NCBI RefSeq assembly: GCF_006345805.1
Contig: NC_042998.1
Span: forward strand, 50,096,001-50,160,000
Source: Octopus sinensis
Taxonomy: Eukaryota
Reading direction: 5' to 3'
DNA length: 64,000 bases
Below are positions 53,941 through 64,000 of the stretch, one piece after another. The translations under genes were made by a program, and so were the position numbers. Below the pieces are notes generated by a model that saw nothing but the letters and a program-made list of their open reading frames with translations, was not told the DNA's origin and ran no database searches. How positions within the stretch are numbered: the stretch's first letter is position 1; each line of letters begins with the position of its first letter.

Positions 53941-54239
53941 CATTTGAGAAATAGACCAAGAAATTTCCTTCTTTTACAACAACAACAAAAATTTCATCAG
54001 GAAAACAATAAAAAAAAAAAACAAATTCAAAAATCCAAACGTAAAAGATGACTGACATTACCAAAAACATCTAAGAAACATCTAATAATATTTACCGAAA
54101 GTATTTTTGCAACATTCTGGCACGTGTCGATTTTTTCATACCTTATAGCTAATCTGTTAATGCCATTAAAAAAACGTGATTGCACAGTGCTCCAGTTGTC
54201 CTCATTACAAATGGGATAAAGGACACGTGACACATTCTT

Positions 54240-54262
54240 TACCTACCTACATATCGTTTTGT

Positions 54263-54294
<32 letters not shown>

Positions 54295-54541
54295 TTATTT
54301 ACCTGTCTATCTATCTATTTATCTATCTGTCTATCTATCTATCTATCTATCTATCTATTTTTCTATCTTCCTTTCTTTCTTTCTTTCTTTCGTTCTTCAT
54401 GTATCTGCCTGCCTGCCTGTCTGTCTGTCCATTTATCAATCTATCTGTTTGTCTGTCGGTCTATCATATGCTTACGGTAAATTCCTGTAGTGTAAACAAG
54501 GTCACGCTGAAGAAAGGGGATGGTAAAAGTGTATGCATGAG

Positions 54542-54580
<39 letters not shown>

Positions 54581-54720
54581 CAGAGAAAGAGAGAGACGGA
54601 CAGAGAAAGAGAAAGAGACAAAGAAAGAGAGAGACAGACAGACATACAGGGACAGAGGAGAGAGATTCGAACTAACGCTATCAGCACGTGCACAGGTATA
54701 CACACACACACACACACACA
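54240..54720. repeat. (TATC)n/(TTTC)n/(TCTG)n/(GA)n/(CA)n compound microsatellite
   Basis: Directly visible. Confidence 0.95.
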
Positions 54721-54979
54721 CGAATGCTACTGGCGTACAGGCAAAACGACAGTTAGCTGTATGTGTGTGAAGGAGTGGGCGTGGTATGTCTATATGTGCC
54801 CAACACCATTAGCGTTCGTTTGTGTTGGAACAAAAAGAGGAATTGCCGACAAATATTCTTTATTCTTCAAGTTATAAATGGGCACTATCTTTTACTTGTT
54901 TCAGTCATTAGACTGCGGCCATGCTGGGGTATTGTCTTGAAGGATTTTTGGTCAAATAAACGGAGGCCAGTACTTATTA

Positions 54980-55014
<35 letters not shown>

Positions 55015-55016
<2 letters not shown>

Positions 55017-55168
55017 AATTCCGCCGAGATCGACTTAGCCTTTCATCCTTTCGGCGTCGATTAAATAAGTACCAGTTACGCACTGGGGCCGATTTAATCG
55101 ACTTAATCTCTTTGTCTGTCCTTGTTTGTCTCCTCTGCGTTTAGCCCCTTGTGGGCAATAAAGAAATA
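55015..55168 (+). mobile_element. SINE family A, 5'-truncated, long-tail variant
   Basis: TTCAAATTCCGCCGAG...core...CCCCTTGTGGGCAATAAAGAAATA, flanked by (ATT)n. Confidence 0.8.
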
Positions 55169-55409
55169 AAATTACTACTACTACTATTATTATTATTATT
55201 ATTAGTCTTTTGAAAAGCCTTGCACTTATTTTATCGGTTAATCTATCGAACCGCAACTGTACGGTGACGTAAACACACCAACGCCGGTTGTCATGAGGTG
55301 GTAGTAGTGGTGGTGGAGAAAACACAAAAAGACACATACAGACACGCGCACACTCACACACACACAGACACGCACACACGCAAATATGCATAAATGTACA
55401 ATATATGGA

Positions 55410-55652
55410 TTTATTTTGTGTCTAGGGTGGGTCATTATGCCAATATAAGTAACTCGTGCACTGGTTCAATCCTATTCCTTTATTATTAGTCACTTGGTTA
55501 AACTAATTAATCGCTTATTTAATTTATTTTCTTTTTACAATTAATGAGTTAGGTGGATATTTAACCAATTGACTAATATAAAAGGACTGGAACTGAATCA
55601 GTGCATGTGTTAATAATATTGGCATAATGACCCACCCTAGACACAAAATAAA
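55410..55652. mobile_element. foldback/MITE-like palindrome
   Basis: Perfect 37-bp arms TTTATTTTGTGTCTAGGGTGGGTCATTATGCCAATAT (55410-55446 / 55616-55652), continued inward by about 55 bp of imperfect pairing. No TSD recognised. Confidence 0.75.
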
Positions 55653-56007
55653 ATATGTTTCAACATACAAATTCACATAAAGAATCTTGCAAACCAGATA
55701 CAAGAACGATATAAATTTATGTAAACTAGGTAATCACAAAAACAGCTCCCTTAGAGGATCGAGCAACATGCCACATAGTTAACCTGTACGTAGGTGTGTA
55801 ATGTAGGGTCTTATGTAGCTGAAATCCAGCAACTCCTACCAGTGAGGAGTATATAGAATATAGAGAAAGCCAGGCGGTATGAGATGAATGTATTTATTCC
55901 ACTAGTTGATATCCATTGGGTGACTTCCGTTTGCAGTGAACATCATTCAATAATAATTTAATTTTCTGTATTCGTTTATTTGTTTATTTATTTATTATTA
56001 TTATTAT

Positions 56008-56236
56008 TTTTGCTTGTTTCAGTCATTTGAATGTGGCCATGCTGGAGCATCGCCTTTAGTCGGACAAATCGACCCCAGGACTTATTCTTTATAAGCCGAG
56101 TACTTATTCTATCGGCCTCTTATGCCAAAACGCAAAGTTAAAGGGATGTTAACATACCAACATCGGTTAAGCGATGGTGGGGGCGACAAACACAAATACA
56201 CCCACAAATACACACACACCCACAAATACACACATA

Positions 56237-56280
<44 letters not shown>

Positions 56281-56422
56281 ACGGCTTCTTTCAGTTTCCG
56301 TTTACCAAACCCACTCATAAGGCTTTAGTCGGCCTGCGGCTATAGCCCAAGGTGCCACGCGGTGGGACTGAACCCAGAACCATGTGACAAACAAGTTGGG
56401 AAGCAAGCTTCTTACCACACAG
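56008..56422 (-). mobile_element. SINE family B, near full length
   Basis: Collinear with 49683-50038; longer (CA)n(TA)n spacer. Confidence 0.85.
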
Positions 56423-56484
56423 ACTCTACATGTCTTCAATGTTATGTGTGCAAAAATTGCATAGTACAAATCAACGCAGATATA

Positions 56485-57026
56485 CAGGGTGGCCCAAAAT
56501 TGACAGAGGGGTCTAAAAGTTTAATAAATTTGTTTTAATTACATTTTTTTTATTTGTAATTCACAAAATGTCACTCTTCGCTCCCATATTTCGTGGTTTG
56601 GGTTTTGACTGCCCTTTTTAGCATGTATGGAATCCACACGATGGTCTACTCTCTGTGTATAAACTCTTTTCAAAATGTGACCGCGTGTGTACCGTTGGCG
56701 ATTTTTTTCCCTCCGTCTTCCGTTCTTTGAATCTTTCCTTTTCCTATGTTTCTGACGAAGAGCTCCGCTCGAAACGTTAAACCCTCCTTCTTTCCTGAGC
56801 GTCAATAATACTATACTTGTTCCACGTCCTCGCGTTGTTGTGTTTTCTCTTTGTGTTTTTATGTTTGGATTAACTTTATAAACTCTTATACATACATATA
56901 TATATTATATATATATATATTATATATATATATATATACACACACACTATATCTGGTGCAGAGTTATCGTAAGTTTAAAACAGCATAGATGAATTATTAA
57001 CCCTTTGTGACGTTTGGGCCACCCTG
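56485..57026. mobile_element. Tc1/mariner-type MITE
   Basis: TA|CAGGGTGGCCCAAA ... TTTGGGCCACCCTG|TA: 14-bp perfect TIR extendable to about 27 bp imperfect, TA on both sides. Confidence 0.85.
56695..56880 (+). mobile_element. Penelope-like pseudo-LTR fragment with minimal hammerhead, nested in the MITE
   Basis: GTTT-CTGACGA-A-GAGC tcc GCTC-GAA-ACGT-T-AAAC at 56748-56782; followed by (TA)n. Confidence 0.65.
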
Positions 57027-57052
57027 TAGAAGGCTACCTCTTCAGTTCGACA

Positions 57053-57102
<50 letters not shown>

Positions 57103-57596
57103 GATGGGCTTCTTTCAGTTTCTGTCAACCAAAGCCACTCACACGGTTTTTTTGTTAAATTCATTTTTGTTAAATTCATTCTATGCGTTGCATATGTATG
57201 AAATTAAGTCCTGTATGCATTAACTGTATATATGTAAAATAACTTATAAATCAGATATCTGAAATGCTTGGTTTATAATTGTTTCTAGTAGTTTCTAATT
57301 TAACAGAAGATATATCGAAGAGATCAGCCATTAATGCTTATAATCCAACAACCTCAGAATTCGTAATTCCTTAGATTTTCTGTTCGTTTCTACATAAGAT
57401 TATGGCAACTTGGTACTTACTACGTGGATTATAGGCATTTATTGTGAATGTTGTAATGGAAATTGATGTCAGATGTAGCATGTAATATTTGGTGATCTAT
57501 CTGTAGCGTTAAGCTCCATAGTAATTTATGCATCCTTGTTTTTCCCATTGAGATATATTGCCCTCACATGATTAGATCCAAATGTATCTCACTATA

Positions 57597-57672
57597 ATCA
57601 CAACGTGGACAACCCTTATGCTAGAAGTAGAGCCGGATCTACTTCTAACAGAAAGGTTGTCCATGTTGTGGT
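57597..57672. other. 76-nt hairpin with 35-bp stem and 6-nt loop
   Basis: ATCACAACGTGGACAACCCTTATGCTAGAAGTAGA-GCCGGA-TCTACTTCTAACAGAAAGGTTGTCCATGTTGTGGT; three mismatches and two G.U pairs on the plus strand. Confidence 0.9.
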
Positions 57673-57693
57673 CATCCCTCTTATATATATATA

Positions 57694-57996
57694 CTAGCAG
57701 TCTCGCCCGGCGTTGCTCGGGTTTGTAAGGGAAAAACTATATAAGCATTTTTAGAGAGTTACTTCCCTTATATAAACCGAGCAAAAAATGCATTAAAAAT
57801 GTGGAAAATTGATGGTAAATTTTTTTTTAAATCGTAGACTCATCGTAGACGCGCGCTAATACCCAGAAGGGCTTGATATGAATCACGACTATAAGATACT
57901 CGCTTTTGGTTAAACTGCACTGAAAAATATGGGAGTAGTTAGGAATCTAAATCGGAGTAGACAGACACGCACACAACTTCAGTTTTATATATAAAG

Positions 57997-57997
<1 letters not shown>
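57694..57997 (-). mobile_element. non-autonomous Helitron with both termini
   Basis: Minus strand A|TCTTTATATATAAAA ... CCCGAGCAACGCCGGG hairpin ... CTAG|T; inserted between A and T within (TA)n. Confidence 0.85.
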
Positions 57998-58028
<31 letters not shown>

Positions 58029-58103
58029 TCATTAAAAAATTTAAAATTTTATTTTTAATCTTGTCTGTTCTTCATAAGAAATCAGTATAATTCTATATTG
58101 TTT

Positions 58104-58142
<39 letters not shown>

Positions 58143-58723
58143 GACACACACACACAACCAGACACACACAACCAGAGACACACACACACACACACGCGCT
58201 ACCTTTTTTCGGGGTATCATGCTCATCAATACCACGTACTACAAACCTGTGAAAGTTCAACCTATGATTGCCTTTTTAATGTTTGCATCAACATGCCATC
58301 GCTTTACACAAACTGGGAAGAGGTGACCTACTGTCGTGCTTCCTCACCTCTAACTTTTAACTTGCCTCTTATTCTGACCCTACTTTTACAACTTGTTCCC
58401 TCCCCTCACCAAATTGTTGATGAATGTGAGTAAATTTTAAAAATTCTTCTTTTTTTTTTTCGTATTTTGTGAAAATATAATTTTTCTGTTTTCTCAGATT
58501 ATTTCCTTTATTAACATTTTTGCCGCAACATTTCCCTCTCTGTAAAGTTTGATGACCAGGTGTTAAATTCTAAATTGCTCTACCACCATAATTACGGTTG
58601 AATCGATGTTAGGTTTTGGTCCTCAATTAACACCTTTATCACGCCAGCCAGATTGTCTACAGAAAAGGTGTTAGCTTATTCATTAACCATTTCACGAGTC
58701 TTGTAGAATCCAGCATCAACAAT

Positions 58724-58758
<35 letters not shown>

Positions 58759-58949
58759 CAGCAACAGTAGCAGCAGAGAAATCCCTCATGTAATTAAGGA
58801 CCTAATCTTCTGAGCAAAAAATAGTGTGACATTTACAAAGTGTGTCCTATAACAAAATATGACACCAGCAATCAACCCATGCCCACCCCACCCGAAAGAT
58901 TCACAGTTTACAAACCAAACGTGTGGAGGTAGTTTATTCCTTTATCTCT

Positions 58950-59360
58950 TTTTTGCTCGTTTCAGTTCCTGAACTGCGGCCATGCTGGGGCACTGCCTTG
59001 AAGGGTTTAGTCAACAAATCGACCCCAGTACTTAACTTTTTTTTAAAGTCTAATACCTATTCTATCGAAATCTTTTACCGAACCACTGGGTAACAGTGAT
59101 GTAAACAAACTAACAACGGTTGTCAAGTTGTGGTGTTGGTGGTAATGGGGAGCAAAGTCGCACACACACATGCGTGCTCACACATACACGCATATGTATA
59201 CACGACAGGCTTCCTACAGTTTCTTTCTACTAAATCCACTTTCAAAGTAATTTTACGGCCTCAGGCTATATATAGTAGAAGATACTTGCCCAAGGTGTCA
59301 CGCAGAGGGACTGAACCCGAAGCCATGTGATCAAGGAATCAAACGTGTTACTACACAGCC
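58950..59360 (-). mobile_element. SINE family B, diverged
   Basis: Collinear with the other family B copies. Confidence 0.75.
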
Positions 59361-59449
59361 AAGTCTTTAAATGATATAGTAACCAATTTGTTGGCTATTA
59401 TATCATTACGGCCATGGCTATTCCGTCTTATCGGAATTGTGCCTAGAAA

Positions 59450-59931
59450 CGCGCGCGCGCGCGCACACACATGTATATATGTATACATACAGATATCCAC
59501 ACACACATATATATATATACATACATATACATATACATAATATCCATGCATATATATATACATATATATATATATATACATACATATACATAATATCCAT
59601 GCATACATATATACATATATATATATATACATATATATACATAATATCCATGCATACATATATACATATATATATATACATATATAAATACATATATATA
59701 TACATATATACATACATATATATATATACGCATACACATACATATATATATATATACATACACACATATATATATATACGCATACACAGACACATACATA
59801 TATACATATATACAGACACATACATATATACATATACATACATATATACAAGTACATACAGATACATATATACATATACATGCATACACATACATATATA
59901 CATACACACACACACACATACATATATACAT

Positions 59932-59964
<33 letters not shown>

Positions 59965-60030
59965 CATACATGCATACATATATACCTATATACACACACA
60001 CACACACTCACACACACACATATATATATA
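59450..60030. repeat. (TA)n/(CA)n microsatellite with internal CATAATATCCATGCAT repeats
   Basis: Directly visible; the ATACATAATATCCATGCATA unit occurs three times (about 59530, 59585, 59640). Confidence 0.9.
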
Positions 60031-61593
60031 AGGTGGAGTATTGTCCAAGGAAAACTTCTGCCCCATAATATAGAATGAGTGATAGAATTGAATATCTGCT
60101 ATTTTTCTGTTTACAGACTGTTGAACATAGGTACAATAATACACCAGTATTTGATTATATATATTTGAATGTAGTGGGATGTTGATGCAAACTGGCGGAT
60201 GTTTGCACAAAGCAATATATAGTATCAAAAGGATTGATGCACTAATGTGTTTTATATGAATATGTTGGTCTTTGAAATGTCATATATCTTATATTATTAG
60301 ATGCTCTAAATTAACCACGCTGACAGCATTCATTCATTCATTCCTCTCTCTTCAAGTATAGTAGGTTGTGGAAGGACAATAGGTATTGCCCAATCAGATA
60401 TTGCAAGCAATTTATTTGTGATTTCAAATCACACAGTGGTAACCTTTGACTTCCATGGTTCCTGGGTCACTATTCCGTTTGTTTTTTTTCTTTCCGCAAT
60501 ATAGTCGACGTGGTATGTAGTGTAAACATGTCATTTGAACATCCAAACATCGTCACTTTCTTTCTAAATCCTACTGCATTTCACATGAAATTTTTGGTTC
60601 TCCAAAGTCGTCCTAGTGTATGAGATGACCAATCCTTCTTGAATGTAAGTTTTGCTCTGAAAGATTTGACTTGTATGCCGGAAAATAGGTTGGAAGGAAA
60701 CAACCTACAGTTTCATTACTCTTGTAATTGACAAATACTTATTTTATCAATCCCGATAGGATAAAAGACAATGTTAACTTCGGCGAGATTTGAATCGAGG
60801 TCGTAAAAATGCGAGAATAAATACTACAATGACTTTTCTTCGACACTGTATATTTTTGCTATCCTGCTACCCTTTCGAGACAGATAAAATAAATATCAGT
60901 TATGATAAACTCTCTTGTTGAAGATGACGTACGAGTGTTGAAGATGACGTATAAGTTTTGCTGAACGACGTGCACAAATGATTTGATTATAGTGATAAGA
61001 TGTACGTGCTGTACATTAACTCACTCCTTCCATTCAATCGACGTTGCAGAGCTACGAGAGATGAAGCATTTCTCTCAAGAACACAACGCACCACAGAGTC
61101 TAAGAATTTAAACCATGATCTTGTGAACGTGAGTGCAATAGCCTAACCACTAGGCCCAGCGTCCCCAAATATGTGTGTGTGTGTGTGTATTATTTTATCC
61201 TTTTACACAATTCAGTCAGTTGAGTGCGGCCGTGCTGGAGTAGCGCCTTAAAAAGGAAGGCCACTTTAGGTTCCAGCGACTTGCCTATATATATATACAT
61301 AAATGGTTGTGTGGTAAAAAATTTGCTTCTGAATCACATGGTTGCAGGTTCAGTCCCACTTCGTGGCACCTTGGGCAAATGGCTTCTACTATAACCTCGG
61401 TGAAATGCCAAAATCTTTGGCATATATATATGTAATGTTTGTCGCCACTTCAACATGGCTATTCCATTCGAGCGGACGTTACTGCAATTTTTTAACCCTA
61501 AGAGGACATTTCCTCTGGAAGGTTAACCATGCAACTTGCATCCAATATATTGCGAGCAGGGGAGCGAACCCCTACCACCTTCTAGAGACGGAA

Positions 61594-61643
61594 CCAGCAG
61601 ATCAAACTGGTTTCGGGCTATTTCTGCCCTTCTTCAGTGCTGG
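61594..61643 (-). ncRNA. extended type I hammerhead ribozyme (predicted)
   Basis: Minus strand CCAGCA-CUGAAGA-A-GGGC AGAAAUA GCCC-GAA-ACCAGUUUGAU-C-UGCUGG. 6-bp stem I, intact CUGANGA and GAAA core, 4-bp stem II, stem III with one C.A mismatch, UC cleavage site. Stem I extends through an internal loop. Confidence 0.75.
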
Positions 61644-61766
61644 AGGCCTCGTCTGCTAGAGATGGCTGTAGCTCGCTTCTGTTCGTAATATATATATATC
61701 TATATATATATATATATATATAATAAATTCAAGCGACGTTCAGTCGCTGATAAATACATACATAAA

Positions 61767-61798
<32 letters not shown>

Positions 61799-61875
61799 AA
61801 TATATATACATATTCACGGCGGTACTCCAACATGACCGCAGTCAATGACTGGAACGAATAAAGTAATATATATAT

Positions 61876-61913
<38 letters not shown>

Positions 61914-63245
61914 GCGTGTATGTAATTATATTGATGAATGAAAAAAACTGACTATAGCTATGAACGCCAGACATGTCTTTGACAGCAAAGATACTGTAAC
62001 TGTCTTGACACTAATACACGTTCTATTTTATTTTACTCTTTTTTTTTAATGTTCCGTCTGTTATCACATCAATGAAAAATCAAAAGTTAAGTAGCATTAA
62101 ACCAAGTTGTAAGATAGTAATCTATCTGACTTCTTTTTCTACCGCATTTCCCGTTTCCTTTTAAATATTAACAACTCTTGGCTAAAGAGGCATTAAAAAT
62201 TTCATATCAAAGTTTTCCTAAACTTTGGTAAATAAGAGTATTGATGAAATTCATCAAGAAATCCGATAAAATACATCTGGAATAATATGCCATGTTTTAT
62301 AATCACTTTGGTAAAAGACGTTTTGTCTGAGTGATATGACAAAAAAGAAACCATCGTGCGTCAGCAAATGATATAAATTTAATCTTATGTTCATAGAATA
62401 GCAGTTTTGTAGTTTAATGAAGCAAAATTATCACATTTCAGTATAATTTTGTCGTTAGATTACCATACAAATACTTTATTTCCGAACCCAAACCCCTGCT
62501 GATTACATCGGACATGTTTCTTTTTTTATTTATTTATTTTTTTCATTTTTATTTTCCTTTAAGACTTACCACAGATTCATGCTGAAAGATAAACGACGAG
62601 ATAAATACATGCGTAACATGGTTACATGAAAATGGTGTGAGTCTGTGAAGCCCCCTGTAGCTTTAGCTATAGCCATAGTCAACCATATTTACCTCAAAAT
62701 ACCATATTAATAAGTAACTATTACCGAATGTAATGCAGGCACGCCTGTGTTGTTGAGAAGCTCGCTTTGCAGCCATTGGGTTTCGGGGTTTATCCCACTA
62801 TGCTACGTGACACCTTGGACAAGCGTCTTCTGCAATAGCCCCGATCAGACCAATATCTTGAAAATGAAATTCATAGGCAAAAACTGTACTATGTGGAATC
62901 TAGTTATATATATATAAATATATATGGTTTTAATGCATATATATAATGATAATAATAATAATAATGATGATAATAACTATAATATATTATAATGATATAT
63001 ATATGCTCCGATTAAAGCGAGATAATCTAAACAAACGACTGAAAAATAATGAGCTGAACGCGTTGGGGATCGAGCGCCCATATCAACGCTTACACGGCTC
63101 CATGTGTATCCGAGTAAATATATCATTATGATATATTATTATAGTTATTATTGTATAAAAACCTTAGTGATCACTTTTATCCGTAACTTATCAACCTTCG
63201 GGCTTGTTTGTTTGTATGTATGTATGTATGTATATATATATATAT

Positions 63246-63421
63246 ATTTATTTTATAGAAGGAGCTTCTACAGGACTAGAACTGTTTCATTCTCCTGATG
63301 ATTTCTTTTGAATGAAACAGTTCTAGTCCTGTAGAAGCTCCTTCTATAAAATAAATTAATTTACTCTGCTATGTATTGAGTACCTTATTTACTGTGGTTA
63401 ACCCCGACTCAACCCGGGACC

Positions 63422-63424
<3 letters not shown>
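63246..63424 (+). mobile_element. Penelope-like pseudo-LTR with inverted partial copy and hammerhead motif
   Basis: Perfect 47-bp inverted repeat (63246-63292 / 63310-63356, 17-nt spacer). CTGATGA at 63295-63301, GAAA at 63314-63317, stem III ACAG/CTGT, GUA triplet. Lies between TA-rich tracts. Confidence 0.65.
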
Positions 63425-63458
<34 letters not shown>

Positions 63459-63538
63459 ATTGTTACGTTTATATATTTGTTTTGGCTAAACTGGCAAAAT
63501 GACCATTCCTAAGTACAACAATATATATTAACAGCTTC

Positions 63539-63735
63539 GTGTTTGTCCCCCACTCACTGCTCGACAACTGATGCTGGTTTGATTACGTCCTCATAACCTA
63601 GCGGTTTGACAAAGAGAACTGTAGAATAAGTGCCAGCCTTTAAAATGAGTACCGAGTTCAATACGTCTAAAACACTTCAAAGTAATGCTCCAGCATGGCC
63701 GCAGTCTAATGACTAAAACAAATGAAAATATAAAA
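63539..63735 (+). mobile_element. SINE family B, 3' half, diverged
   Basis: GTTTGTCCCC...GAATAAGT...GCTCCAGCATGGCCGCAGTC.AATGACT. Confidence 0.7.
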
Positions 63736-64000
63736 GAAGAAAGCCTAGTTTTACAGCATGTGACAAATACCTTCTAATGAAAGGAGCAATTTTTGTGTAA
63801 TAAAAGCTTTGTGTTATGGTACTAGATATCACTTATCGCCATGCAAAACCGTTTTAAAGTGAAAGAGTTTATCAATTAATATATCCGAAAGAAAATATAT
63901 TTACATAAAGGAATATATAACCTAAACAACAATTTAAGGTTTAGAATGCCAATTGTATGGATCACTAAATTATGACCGTAGATCTCTATAATTTGATCTT

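Noticed and set aside
60490-60652. 8-nt microexon-like TCGACGTG and a 37-nt AG...GTAAGT segment
   Set aside because: The 37-nt segment has stops in all three frames and the 8-nt one cannot be assessed without RNA data.

Overview
AT-rich, microsatellite-saturated eukaryotic DNA, intronic or intergenic in character. The SINE families look like those I recognise from Octopus genomes; this is inference from memory, not a database result. No protein-coding gene can be called with confidence. Nearly all supplied ORFs are translations of (TA)n, (CA)n, (GA)n, (TATC)n, (TATG)n or triplet repeats. Supported content: (i) many tRNA-derived SINE copies of at least three families; (ii) decayed LINE pieces, RTE-like plus two distinct REL-endonuclease R4/Dong-like families, one sitting in (TAA)n and one in (TACA)n; (iii) DNA transposons: a DD37D/maT Tc1-mariner deletion derivative with TIRs and TA TSD, a Tc1-mariner MITE, a hAT MITE, three Helitron pieces and a Helentron/HINE-like element; (iv) several perfect or near-perfect hairpins; (v) a set of hammerhead-ribozyme motifs not shown by the ORF track. 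These are three minimal Penelope-type motifs, one inside a perfect 47-bp inverted repeat, one split variant, and one near-canonical extended type I hammerhead at 61594-61643 (minus). A few weak candidate plus-strand exons are reported as hypotheses only. Repeat boundaries are approximate unless TIR, TSD or stem positions are given.
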